Assembly (NCBI GenBank): GCA_902801625.1
Contig: CADCJI010000006.1
Coordinates: forward strand, 11,304-75,303
DNA from: an uncultured Bacteroidia bacterium
GTDB lineage: Bacteria; Bacteroidota; Bacteroidia; Bacteroidales; F082
Direction of reading: 5' to 3'
Length of the DNA stretch: 64,000 nucleotides
Position numbers and translations under genes: made by a program. The notes beneath the pieces are model-generated. The model saw only the letters and a list, made by a program, of their open reading frames with translations. It made no database searches and had not been told where the DNA came from. This document shows, in pieces, positions 43,430 through 52,853 of this stretch; within the stretch, counting starts at the first letter, position 1, and the number at the start of each line of letters is the position of its first letter.

Positions 43430-44626
43430 ATGGAAAGACAAAAACGCCATATCTTTTTCGTACTGCTTACCTTATTATTAATGGGAAAGGCAACGAATGC
43501 ACAATTGAGCCACCGCAACTATGAGATTGAGGCGCGGATGCACTATGGTTATATGTATTTCCAAAACGACCAATACCATTCTGCCTTAGGACGTTACAGC
43601 CGACACACGCCTGCCTTCGAGTTCTCGTTACACCGTAACACCTACGGTGAAAACCGTTGGGAAGTGCTTCACAACTACCCTTCCATCGGGTTCACCTTCT
43701 ACTATTCAGGCTTCGGCAACGACGAAATCTCTGCTGAGTTGGGCAAGGTGTTCGCCCTTTATCCTTTCATCAACTTTCCCATCATCCCAGGAGAGAACAG
43801 CAGACTGACCTTCAAACTGGGTGTAGGCGTGTCGTATCTCACCAACAAGTTTGACCCGAAAGAGAATTTCCACAATTACGCCATTGGCTCGCATGTGAAC
43901 GCCGCCATTAACCTGTCGTTCGAATACCGCCAACGCATTATCGACCGACTGCATTGGGTAACCTCAGTAGGCTTGACCCATTTCTCGAACGGTGCCACAC
44001 GCTCGCCCAACATGGGCATCAACATTTTCAGTGTGGCCAGCGGCTTGTCATGGTATTTGGCTCCGCCTAAAGCACACATTGACAAGAAACTACGCACCAA
44101 AAACTACCTCTTCGAGTTCGACGGCAAACGGCACTTTGTCACCGATTACCAATATACTCTCGGGTTCAAGGACATGAGCCAACAATACGGCACACACCAA
44201 TACTTCTTTGTCCACAACCCTGCCGCCAACTTCATGTTCCAAATCACCGAACGCGACCGTCTCGGCCTCGGCCTTGAATTGGTCTACGACTATTCCGACA
44301 AGATTACCAAGCCCGACTGGGATATTTACTTGAAGCCCGGCTTCCTGCTCGCCTACGAGATGATGCTCGACCGTGTCAGCTTTATGTTCAATGTCGGGTT
44401 ACGCAACAATGTACCGCTCAATTCACCCACATTCGGGATGCTGTTTTACCAGAAAGTCGCGGCCCGTTATTATTTCAACGACAACCTGTTTGCTACGCTT
44501 GCTTTCACCACTTACGACATCAAGGCCGACTTCATCAGTTTCGGCATAGGCTATCACATCCAGCACAAATACTACTTACCACGTTATGAAAAGAAACACC
44601 GTCGCAATCCTGTTTTTCCTCGTTAG
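43430..44626 (+). CDS. Outer-membrane acyloxyacyl hydrolase / lipid A deacylase (PagL-like) family protein
   Basis: Signal peptide. The beta-barrel-like alternating pattern and the HFSNG motif (GLTHFSNGATRSPNMGIN) resemble the PagL His-x-Ser active site. Confidence 0.5.
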   Translation: MERQKRHIFFVLLTLLLMGKATNAQLSHRNYEIEARMHYGYMYFQNDQYHSALGRYSRHTPAFEFSLHRNTYGENRWEVLHNYPSIGFTFYYSGFGNDEISAELGKVFALYPFINFPIIPGENSRLTFKLGVGVSYLTNKFDPKENFHNYAIGSHVNAAINLSFEYRQRIIDRLHWVTSVGLTHFSNGATRSPNMGINIFSVASGLSWYLAPPKAHIDKKLRTKNYLFEFDGKRHFVTDYQYTLGFKDMSQQYGTHQYFFVHNPAANFMFQITERDRLGLGLELVYDYSDKITKPDWDIYLKPGFLLAYEMMLDRVSFMFNVGLRNNVPLNSPTFGMLFYQKVAARYYFNDNLFATLAFTTYDIKADFISFGIGYHIQHKYYLPRYEKKHRRNPVFPR

Positions 44627-45410
44627 TCTGATGGTAGCATCTTGCAGCAAGGTCGACACGCTGTTCAACAATGGCGAGCCCATCACCGAACTGCGTGAAT
44701 TGGGTCATCGTTTCGTCGCCATTTCGATGTACAACAATGTGAATGTCAAGCTGGTACACGATAGCCATCCACACATGGAACTGACTTGTCCGAAGAACCT
44801 CATTGAAAAAGTCACCACCGAAATTGACGGCGACACTTTGTACATCAAGAACGAGAATGACTACAACTGGCTGCGCAGTTACGACTATAGTATTGACCTG
44901 ACCGTATATTACGACAGCTTGCGTCTGATCAATTTTGCCTCAGTTGGCGACCTGCGCTGTTCCGACTCCATCAAGGGAATGTTTGAGAAAAGCATTGACA
45001 CGATTGGGATGAGCATCGACACAACCGAAACAAGCATCGACACCATTTGGGATATCGAAACCTCTTGGATACAAAGTTTCAACTTGAACATCAACGAAGG
45101 TTGCGGTGACATTGACCTCACTCTAGACTGCGACGTGGTGAAAAGCAACTTCGGCAACGGCACTTCATTCGTGACATTAAAAGGCCTTGCAGAATACACC
45201 GAGATTATCATGAGAAGCTATGGGGTGATCCATGCCGAAAACCTCAACTCCAACTTCGTCAGGGTGCAGTCTCATTCCACCAATGATGCCTATGTTTGGG
45301 CCCGAACCAAGCTCACAGTATGGCTCTATAGCATTGGAAACGTGTATTATAAGGGCAATCCTCAAGTCGTCGAAGACTGCCCGAGCGAAGGCCGAGTTTT
45401 CAGATTATAA
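44586..45410 (+). CDS. Lipoprotein, DUF2807-like (putative beta-helical GIN domain)
   Basis: Lipobox ..LMVASCS. FVAISMYNNVNVKLVHDSHPHMELTCPKNLIEKVTTEIDGDTLYIKN is typical of DUF2807. The gene overlaps the upstream gene by 41 nt. Confidence 0.5.
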   Translation: MKRNTVAILFFLVSLMVASCSKVDTLFNNGEPITELRELGHRFVAISMYNNVNVKLVHDSHPHMELTCPKNLIEKVTTEIDGDTLYIKNENDYNWLRSYDYSIDLTVYYDSLRLINFASVGDLRCSDSIKGMFEKSIDTIGMSIDTTETSIDTIWDIETSWIQSFNLNINEGCGDIDLTLDCDVVKSNFGNGTSFVTLKGLAEYTEIIMRSYGVIHAENLNSNFVRVQSHSTNDAYVWARTKLTVWLYSIGNVYYKGNPQVVEDCPSEGRVFRL

Positions 45411-45513
45411 AACCCCAAAAATAATCATGAGAAAAATCAATTTTGGTATGAAATTTGTATAATTCTTGAGGAATAACTATACCTATTGACAAACAAATAA
45501 AACATTCAATACA

Positions 45514-46794
45514 ATGAAAGCGTTAAGATTCATTCCCATCATTGCCTTAATGGCCTTCGTCAGCTGCTCGGCAAATCGCCAGACAGCCAAAGACGACACC
45601 TACTATTCGCCTTACGGCAATACAGGCGGCCAAATGACTAGAGGCAACGGCTCATACGTGAGCCCAAGCATCAGCAGCAACTCGGAATATGACTACCAAG
45701 CCTATTATTCCGACAGCAAGAATTACGTCAACAATGCTGACCCCGTTTACCAGACCACTGAGACGGTGACCGACACCAACGGCGTGGTGTACACCACCAC
45801 AGAGACGTATTACGATGCCGACTTTGCCACACGCATCAAGCGTTTCGGCACGCAGGCCTCCTCAACAAGAGACTATTATGACGACTACTACACTTACGAC
45901 GGCGGCGGTAACACCTACGTCTATGTGAACAGTTACGATCCCTTCTATTGGGACTACTACCCGACCTACTATTATGGATGGAGCTATCGTCCCTATTGGA
46001 GCAGCTATTGGAGCTGGAACTGGTATTGGGGTTATCCTTACTACTATAGCTACTGGGGCTGGGATCCTTACTGGTCTTATGGTTGGGGCTATTACAGCCA
46101 CTATTACTGGCATCACCCGCATCACCACCACTATCACGGTGATTGGCACCATGGCGGAGGTCATCACAATAACGGAATCGGCGGCAGCAGTCTGAGCAGT
46201 TATGTGGCCAGCGTCAGACACGGCAACTCCACCGGCTCTATGAGCCACGCCTTGCCCAACAGTGGCCGTAGTGGCAGCATGTCGACCCGTCCACAAGCAT
46301 CGGCCGGTTCATCCTTGGCTCGCGTAGGTAGCAGTTCAAGCAGCATGAGTCGTCCCACGATGAGCGGCAGGCCCACCGTAGGCAGCAGTTCCTCTCCACA
46401 ACGCCCTGCCAAGAAAGAAGTTGCCCGCCCTGGCAGCCAAAGCGGTGAACGCCAAAACTACACCTCACCCAACAATAGCCGTCCTTCACGCTCCAGCTCA
46501 GAATATGTGCGTCCGTCGAACTCATCTTCATCACGTCCTTCCTCTGACTCGAGCAGAAGAAGCTCCAGCAGCAGCTATAACAGAAGTAGCAGTTCAAGCC
46601 CCTCAAGCAGCTCTTACAACAGAAGCAATTCCTCTCCTTCGAGAAGTTCTTCTTCAAGCTCAAGCCGTAGCTCAGGTGGCAGTTACAGTAGCGGAAGCCG
46701 TGGTTCGAGCTCAAGCTCCTCAAGCCACAGCTCAAGTTCAAGTAGCCACAGCTCTGGCGGAAGCCGTGGAGGCTCAGGCGGTGGAAGAAGATAA
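45514..46794 (+). CDS. Low-complexity lipoprotein: Tyr/Trp/His-rich block followed by ~200-aa Ser-rich tail
   Basis: Lipobox ..AFVSCSA. Residues 121-220 contain 56 aromatic or His residues (counted), e.g. YWSSYWSWNWYWGYPYYYSYWGWDPYW..HHPHHHHYHGDWHH. The tail is dominated by S with R/G/N/P. Confidence 0.7.
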   Translation: MKALRFIPIIALMAFVSCSANRQTAKDDTYYSPYGNTGGQMTRGNGSYVSPSISSNSEYDYQAYYSDSKNYVNNADPVYQTTETVTDTNGVVYTTTETYYDADFATRIKRFGTQASSTRDYYDDYYTYDGGGNTYVYVNSYDPFYWDYYPTYYYGWSYRPYWSSYWSWNWYWGYPYYYSYWGWDPYWSYGWGYYSHYYWHHPHHHHYHGDWHHGGGHHNNGIGGSSLSSYVASVRHGNSTGSMSHALPNSGRSGSMSTRPQASAGSSLARVGSSSSSMSRPTMSGRPTVGSSSSPQRPAKKEVARPGSQSGERQNYTSPNNSRPSRSSSEYVRPSNSSSSRPSSDSSRRSSSSSYNRSSSSSPSSSSYNRSNSSPSRSSSSSSSRSSGGSYSSGSRGSSSSSSSHSSSSSSHSSGGSRGGSGGGRR

Positions 46795-46825
46795 TTTGCT
46801 TTCCGCAAGTGATATTTGACAAAAA

Positions 46826-46866
46826 AGACTACCTTTGCAGACTGAAACGCAAGGTAGTCTTTTTTT
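46826..46866 (+). terminator. Rho-independent terminator whose stem contains the next gene's promoter box
   Basis: agactacctt / aaggtagtct 10-bp stem followed by T6, flanked by A6 upstream. Confidence 0.75.
46830..46837 (+). promoter_or_regulatory. TAnnTTTG promoter box (TACCTTTG) for the OMP gene
   Basis: 42 nt upstream of ATG 46879 and embedded in the left arm of the terminator hairpin. Confidence 0.4.
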
Positions 46867-46878
46867 ATCCTTTCGACC

Positions 46879-48330
46879 ATGAAGAAGACACTCACAACAG
46901 TCATAGCATTATTATCCATCATAGTTGCATTCGCGCAGGGCGCTGCCGACGCTTGCATCTTTTCCCAAACCTTCTATCAAGGCACAGCCAAAGCCCTGGG
47001 CATGGGCAACGCCATGGGTGCAGTAGGCGGCGACATGACCTCCATTTGCATCAACCCAGCCGGGATGGGCATCTACCGCAGCAACGAGTTCACCACCACC
47101 CTCAGCCTGATGGACAATTTCCAGCAGTCCACCTATTACGGGACAAGCAACGGAGCCAACAAGATGCGCCTGTCCATTCCCAACATCGGCTATGTCAACG
47201 CCAAACAAAGAAGCAACTTCCGCCCGCTGCGGTCCACTCAATTTGGCATCGGGCTCACCCGCACCAACGACTTCAACATACACACTTTGACCAAAGGCAT
47301 CAACCCCACCAGCTCTAAGATTGACTCTTATTTAGCCCAAATTGATGGCTACTCTCAATTTGAGCTTAAAGATGCTTTCCCTTACGACATCTATCCAGCC
47401 TGGAGCACCTATCTCATCGACCTTTACGAAGATGAAATCGGTCCGTATTACAGCAGTCCTGTTCCTCAAGGCAACATCTGGCAAGGCGAGGAGAACGACT
47501 TCAAGGGACGTTCGGAAGAATGGACCTTTGCGGGCAGTGCCAACTACTTCGACCAACTTTTCATCGGCATAAGCGTGAATTTGGCTCACATCAAAAGAGA
47601 GGGCACAAAGAACTTCACGGAAAGCCAAGTTGAAGGGTCTCACACGGAGTTTAACCAATGGAACTATAAGGAGGACCTCAGCAGCAATGCTCTGGGTGGC
47701 AATCTGAAAGTAGGACTTCTCTATCTAGCCACTCCTTGGCTCCGTCTTGGAGCGGCCTTCCACTCCCCTACATTTTACAATTTTGACGAGACTTGGCAAA
47801 CCGAGACCGAATCACAGATTCTCAGTATCACCCGCAAATACATCAGTCCCGATTCGCATTATGAATACAATTTCATACAACCTTTGAAATGGGTAGGCAG
47901 CATGGCTTTTGTTGTTGGCGAACAAGGCATCATCAGCCTCGACGCAGAATACACCAACTATGGTGCGGCACGTTTCAAGGCCAACGACTACGACTACAGC
48001 GCCACCAACGAAGACATCAAAAACACTTACGGAAAAACCTTCAACTTCCGCTTGGGCAGCGAGTGGTCGTTGGGCAACTCCTATCTGAGATTGGGCGCAG
48101 CTTACTATGGAAGTCCTTTCGGGCTAGGTGAAAAGGGCGGCAGCGTCAAGAAAGCTTCATGCGGCATCAGCGTGCCCGTTTCCTTCGACACCACCTTCGA
48201 TTTCGCTTACGAGCTGAGCTACGGTCAGTCCTATCACATCCTTTATGATGCTGGAGAGTTGGGCATAGAGCCCGTCACGCAAAAGCAGTTCAAGAACCTT
48301 GTAGCCGCCACGCTCAAAGTAAAATTCTGA
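46879..48330 (+). CDS. Outer-membrane beta-barrel transport protein (FadL/TodX/OmpP1-like)
   Basis: Signal peptide. GTAKALGMGNAMGAVGGDMTSICINPAGMG resembles the FadL-family N-terminal motif. The C-terminal ..TLKVKF ends with Phe. Confidence 0.55.
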   Translation: MKKTLTTVIALLSIIVAFAQGAADACIFSQTFYQGTAKALGMGNAMGAVGGDMTSICINPAGMGIYRSNEFTTTLSLMDNFQQSTYYGTSNGANKMRLSIPNIGYVNAKQRSNFRPLRSTQFGIGLTRTNDFNIHTLTKGINPTSSKIDSYLAQIDGYSQFELKDAFPYDIYPAWSTYLIDLYEDEIGPYYSSPVPQGNIWQGEENDFKGRSEEWTFAGSANYFDQLFIGISVNLAHIKREGTKNFTESQVEGSHTEFNQWNYKEDLSSNALGGNLKVGLLYLATPWLRLGAAFHSPTFYNFDETWQTETESQILSITRKYISPDSHYEYNFIQPLKWVGSMAFVVGEQGIISLDAEYTNYGAARFKANDYDYSATNEDIKNTYGKTFNFRLGSEWSLGNSYLRLGAAYYGSPFGLGEKGGSVKKASCGISVPVSFDTTFDFAYELSYGQSYHILYDAGELGIEPVTQKQFKNLVAATLKVKF

Positions 48331-48867
48331 CTATCCCTTGGATTGTTTCCTAAACGAATAGAACTTATTCGTCAAGTAGCTGAACGTCACGCAGATGACG
48401 GAGATGATGATATAGGAAACAGTCGGCCAAATGTGCCACACTTCCACGAAGAGTTTCAGGCCGAAATAGTTGATGAGGATATTGCCTACGGTCACAAGAA
48501 AATACCTGACTATCTGCGTTCTACCTTTCAATGTCGAGCCCGAGAAACTGATGTGGCGCGCCATCCAAAAACCCGTGAGGAAGGTTATGGGGAACTTGAA
48601 CACAAAAGCGGCGATGTGAGGCGTGAAGGCCAAGATAGCGATATGTCGCTTGAAGAGGATATAGCCAAGATCGAAGATCTGACCTTTGAAAATGAAATGA
48701 TAAAAAACATAGTACAGCACCCATTCCAAAACGAGGTTCAAGCCTCCGCAGGCCGCATAGCGGAACAGCTCGAGGCTCATCACCTTGCGGAAAGGCGGAT
48801 AGAAAAAGTCGATGACCGTGGTCAAGGTGCGTTCTGTCCAGGCTTCTATGTTTTTCAGGGCTGACAT
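48331..48867 (-). CDS. GtrA-family membrane protein
   Basis: FRYAACGGLNLVLEWVLYYVF..; four TM segments; 178 aa. Confidence 0.65.
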   Translation of the reverse strand: MSALKNIEAWTERTLTTVIDFFYPPFRKVMSLELFRYAACGGLNLVLEWVLYYVFYHFIFKGQIFDLGYILFKRHIAILAFTPHIAAFVFKFPITFLTGFWMARHISFSGSTLKGRTQIVRYFLVTVGNILINYFGLKLFVEVWHIWPTVSYIIISVICVTFSYLTNKFYSFRKQSKG

Positions 48868-48888
48868 TGAGGCTGCAAAAATAGCAAT

Positions 48889-49830
48889 TTAGAGCCAAAT
48901 AACATCAAACTTTGAAGGCATGTCATTCCTTGCAAGGCCAGTGCGATTGGAATCTATGCCTTCAAAGCCAAGCAATTTATTTGTTTTAACCACATCATCC
49001 GTGAAGCCCAACACATAACCGCCACCGCCTGATCCTGAGATTTTTACACCAAAGTTGAAATCGTAATCGGTCGTGAAAAGGTCTAGCGTGTTTTCGGTTA
49101 TCATGGGGCGAAGGAACTGCAATTGGCCTTTGTTAAGTTGTTTCAATGATTTGAAAAACAATTCTTTGTTACTACTAATCATTGCATCAATGCAAGAGGT
49201 TACACTAGGCACATACTCCGCTTGGAATCGGTTCAAAAAATCGGGATTCTCACGTTGTGCCTTGAAATGCTCGACCAAAGGCTTAGTATTGCTCTTTAAC
49301 TTGGTGTCAATCAAGCAGATGTGGATGTCTTTTTTTAGGAAGTCATCGGTAAGCAGTTGTACACCCTCTGGCGTGATTTTGAACGGTTGGCCCAGATAGC
49401 ATTGCAAGGGGTCGATGCCGGAACTGCTGCCGTGGAAGTGGCTTTCCATTTGGCCGAATAGGGTCTTCAGTTGTAAGTAATCATCGGTTTTCTTTATCGC
49501 ATAGCGGTCGTATACAGCTGCCACCAAGGTTCCTGAGCTGCCCAAGCCATAGCTTGATGGCACATTGGAGGCAAGGAAAAGCCCATCATCCAAATCCCTT
49601 CTTAAAGCCTGTAAATCAAAGAGTTCCGATAGTTCTTCGTTTTCGGAGAGATACTGGCAAAAACGTTTCAGACTTTGGTTGGAGGTCAAAAAAGCAGTCT
49701 TGTTACGGCTTTGTGGAAACTGCCATTGCGCTGAAAAGCGTTTCAGCGGTATCATCAAGGCTGTGGCGTCGAAAATCATCGAATACTCGCCGAAAAGGAT
49801 GACTTTGCTATAGTATCGGTCTCTCATCAC
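48889..49830 (-). CDS. GHMP-family kinase (mevalonate kinase-like)
   Basis: SKVILFGEYSMIF.., GLGSSGTLVAAVY (GHMP motif II), KISGSGGGGYVLGF. It overlaps mvaD by 4 nt. Confidence 0.7.
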   Translation of the reverse strand: MMRDRYYSKVILFGEYSMIFDATALMIPLKRFSAQWQFPQSRNKTAFLTSNQSLKRFCQYLSENEELSELFDLQALRRDLDDGLFLASNVPSSYGLGSSGTLVAAVYDRYAIKKTDDYLQLKTLFGQMESHFHGSSSGIDPLQCYLGQPFKITPEGVQLLTDDFLKKDIHICLIDTKLKSNTKPLVEHFKAQRENPDFLNRFQAEYVPSVTSCIDAMISSNKELFFKSLKQLNKGQLQFLRPMITENTLDLFTTDYDFNFGVKISGSGGGGYVLGFTDDVVKTNKLLGFEGIDSNRTGLARNDMPSKFDVIWL

Positions 49831-50933
49831 AGCAGTTTTTTCGGTCCGTCGCCCACTCGGTCAGCAATCCAGCGGCCCTGGTCGCAGTAATTCGTCAAAA
49901 CATCCTGGATGAAATGCTCCACTTTGGTTGCCTCACTATCGGGATAGAGCAGATGCACATTAGGACCTGCGTCCAAGGTGAAGCAGAGAGGTGCCTTTGT
50001 CTCGTCGCGAAATTGTCGGATGATTTCTATAATGCGTAATGTATTGGGTTTCATCAAGATGTAAGACGGATTAGAGCACATCATCAAAGCGTGGAGTTGC
50101 AACGCTTCCGACTCGGTGATATTAATAAAGGTGTCCAAATCGCCACCTTTCAAGGCGGCAAGCAAGTTCTTGATATTCTCGTTGGCTTGTGCATAACGCG
50201 CTGGTGCGTAAGGATTTCCTTCCATCAAGGCGTGACCGGCACGGCTAGAGACGGATTTGGTCTTGCCGCTGACAATCAAAATACTGTCGTGATAAGTCTT
50301 GAAAACTGGATGGATGTCATCAGACAACGAAATGGCATATTCGTCAGAGCTGCCTTTATAGTAGGGTGTTGCTCCCCAAAGCGCCATTTTCGGGAACACT
50401 GAGCGTGCCGCACTACCCGAAGCCAATCGCGAGAAGTAAGAAGCCTTGCATAAATCTAAGGACCCTGAGTCTGTCGAAGGACCGACCAACTTGGATTCGA
50501 TGTCAAGCAAGCACATCACAAAAGCACTCATTGACGAGGCCGAGGAAGCAATACCAGAGGAATGGGGGAAAGTATTGCGGCTCTCGACTTTCAGATTCTG
50601 TTGATTGATAAACGGGAAAAACGCATGATTGTCCATCAGGAACTTCTCGATTTTCGCGCCGAACGCAGGATTCTCCTTGCCTTCAAAAAAGAAGCTGAAT
50701 CCAAAGCGGTCGGCTTTTTCAAACTCGACGAAAGTCTCGGAGCGACATTCCGACAATGTGAAACTAATCGAAGGATTTTGAGGGATTTGTTTCCCCTTTT
50801 TGCCCCAATACTTCACCAAAGCGATGTTCGACAGGCTTGCCCAGCCTACCTTGCCTTGAAAGCCGCTCGGCATCTCGCCCTTGAAGGCCTCGTTCAACCA
50901 TTTGTTTTCCATTTCCATTGCATTTAACTCCAT
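49827..50933 (-). CDS. mvaD: Diphosphomevalonate (or phosphomevalonate) decarboxylase
   Basis: SNIALVKYWGKKGKQIPQNPSISFTL, SSGIASSASSMSAF, ASGSAARS. Confidence 0.85.
   Translation of the reverse strand: MELNAMEMENKWLNEAFKGEMPSGFQGKVGWASLSNIALVKYWGKKGKQIPQNPSISFTLSECRSETFVEFEKADRFGFSFFFEGKENPAFGAKIEKFLMDNHAFFPFINQQNLKVESRNTFPHSSGIASSASSMSAFVMCLLDIESKLVGPSTDSGSLDLCKASYFSRLASGSAARSVFPKMALWGATPYYKGSSDEYAISLSDDIHPVFKTYHDSILIVSGKTKSVSSRAGHALMEGNPYAPARYAQANENIKNLLAALKGGDLDTFINITESEALQLHALMMCSNPSYILMKPNTLRIIEIIRQFRDETKAPLCFTLDAGPNVHLLYPDSEATKVEHFIQDVLTNYCDQGRWIADRVGDGPKKLL
50460..50485. repeat. REP-like single arm embedded in frame in mvaD (encodes VGPSTDSGS on the minus strand)
   Basis: ggaccctgagtctgtcgaaggaccga matches the left arm at 20295-20320 at 23/26 positions (by eye). 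Confidence 0.7.
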
Positions 50934-51017
50934 AGAAATCTATGATACGGCGTTAGTCAATCTTATTATTTCAAGCCGCGAAGATAAGGATTTATTTGGA
51001 GTTTCAGACCAAATCTT

Positions 51018-51025
51018 TATTTTTG
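51018..51025 (+). promoter_or_regulatory. TAnnTTTG promoter box (TATTTTTG)
   Basis: 27 nt upstream of ATG 51052. Confidence 0.5.
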
Positions 51026-51051
51026 CACCTTAATTAATATAAACACACTCC

Positions 51052-52848
51052 ATGAACCTATTCCAACTCTTCAAAAACGTTAGCCCTTTTGTCAAGCCTT
51101 ATAAATGGCTGGTTTTCATTACTTTGATACTGACATTAATTGGCTCCCTAATGGCGCAGGTAAACGCCATTGTACTTGACTGGACTGTCGACCAGGTCAA
51201 CGGTTTGGTCACAGCTGGCGAACAGTGGGGCCAAGCCGCTGCTCACATCGTGATTATGATTTCGGTAGTATTGCTGGGCAAGGAAATCCTCTCGGCCTTC
51301 ATCACCTATGCGCAAAACTACTTCGGCGAACGAATGCGCATCTTCGTCAGTCGCGACTTGGCCCAAAGCGTCATCGAGAAGGTGCTCACCTTCAAGATGG
51401 CTTTTTTCAACACGGGCGACAACGCCACAGGCAAGCTCCAGGCCCGTATCGACCAAGGTGTCAGCTCGTTATCACGCACAGTTCAGAACTTCTTCATCGA
51501 CCTGTTGCCCTTGTTCACGAGTGCCCTTTTGGCTTTGATACTGATGTTCATTGCCAATGTGTATGTCGGCTTGGTGGCCTTGGCCATCGTGCCCGTCTAT
51601 TTCTGGATTACCTACCGACAGGCCCGTCGGCTCAAGGGCTGGCGTCGTGAGATGCGCGGCCATTTGGAGACCAAGAGCCAAGGCATCAAGAATATCATCG
51701 ACTCCATCAACGTCATCAAGAGTTTCAACCGAGAGAAGATCGAAGCCCAGAAACAGTTGGATATCCAAAATCAAGTGACTGAAAACCAAATGAAGACACG
51801 TAGTGTGGCGTTCTATTACAATGGCGTGAAGAGCTTCGTAAAGCAGGTGGGTACCGTGTTGGTCATCATCCTGACGGCCTACCTTGTATTAATTGGTTAT
51901 CCAGGCATGACTATCGGTAAAATCATGTACCACGTGATGCTTTTCAGCAACGTCATCGCACCCATCACACAGTTGCAGCGTATCTTCGACGACGTGAACG
52001 ACGCCTTGATTTATGCAGAGGGTTTCTTCAGCATCATCGATTCGAAGGAGGACGTGGAACCTTCAGGCAGTTACCGTCCCGAAAAGATTCACGGCAAGTT
52101 CGAAATCAAACATGTCGACTTCACCTATCCCAATGGCAACCAAGCTCTTTTCGATGTGAACATGACCATCGACCCAGGCAAGATTACTGCTTTGGTCGGA
52201 CTCTCTGGTGCAGGCAAGAGTACCATTGTCAACCTGTTGGATAAATTCTATGAGCCTCAAGTAGGCCAGATTCTGCTTGACGGTGTGGATTTGCGCGAAT
52301 ACGACACCCAGTACCTCCGCGAAAACATCGGTCTCGTGCTGCAGAAGAACCACATCTTCGACGGCACCATCGAGGAGAACATCCTTTACGGCAACCCCAA
52401 AGCCACCCACGAAGACGTGGTGGAAGCCGCCAAGAAGTCGCATCTCTACGACCAGGTGATGGAACTGCCGAAGCAGTTCAACAACAATGCCGCCGACCTT
52501 TCAGGCGGTCAGCAGCAACGTGTGGCCATCGCCCGCATGTTCCTCAAGAACCCGCCCATCATCTTCCTTGACGAGCCCACGGCCAGCCTCGATGCCATCG
52601 CCACCGAGCAAATCAAAAACAGCATCGACGCCATCAAGAAAGACCGCACCGTCATCATCATCTCGCACAGCATCTCACAGATCATCGACGCCGACTACAT
52701 CTATGCCCTACAGCAAGGCCGTGTTGAAGAGGACGGCGACCCCGACAGCATCTACAAGAAAGGCGGCATCTACAAAGACATCATCGACGCCTCGGCACGC
52801 AGCCTCAACATCGAGAAGATTGCCCGGACAATTGAAGACAAGAATTAA
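51052..52848 (+). CDS. ABC exporter, fused permease + ATPase (MsbA-like)
   Basis: Six N-terminal TM segments, Walker A GLSGAGKST, signature LSGGQQQRVAIAR, Walker B IIFLDEPT. Confidence 0.9.
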   Translation: MNLFQLFKNVSPFVKPYKWLVFITLILTLIGSLMAQVNAIVLDWTVDQVNGLVTAGEQWGQAAAHIVIMISVVLLGKEILSAFITYAQNYFGERMRIFVSRDLAQSVIEKVLTFKMAFFNTGDNATGKLQARIDQGVSSLSRTVQNFFIDLLPLFTSALLALILMFIANVYVGLVALAIVPVYFWITYRQARRLKGWRREMRGHLETKSQGIKNIIDSINVIKSFNREKIEAQKQLDIQNQVTENQMKTRSVAFYYNGVKSFVKQVGTVLVIILTAYLVLIGYPGMTIGKIMYHVMLFSNVIAPITQLQRIFDDVNDALIYAEGFFSIIDSKEDVEPSGSYRPEKIHGKFEIKHVDFTYPNGNQALFDVNMTIDPGKITALVGLSGAGKSTIVNLLDKFYEPQVGQILLDGVDLREYDTQYLRENIGLVLQKNHIFDGTIEENILYGNPKATHEDVVEAAKKSHLYDQVMELPKQFNNNAADLSGGQQQRVAIARMFLKNPPIIFLDEPTASLDAIATEQIKNSIDAIKKDRTVIIISHSISQIIDADYIYALQQGRVEEDGDPDSIYKKGGIYKDIIDASARSLNIEKIARTIEDKN

Positions 52849-52853
52849 CTCTA

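Noticed and set aside
46809-47318. 169-aa ORF overlapping the start of the FadL-like OMP gene in another frame.
   Set aside because: The translation is His/Arg/Gln/Pro-rich nonsense. The overlapping frame has a signal peptide, a family motif and a C-terminal Phe.
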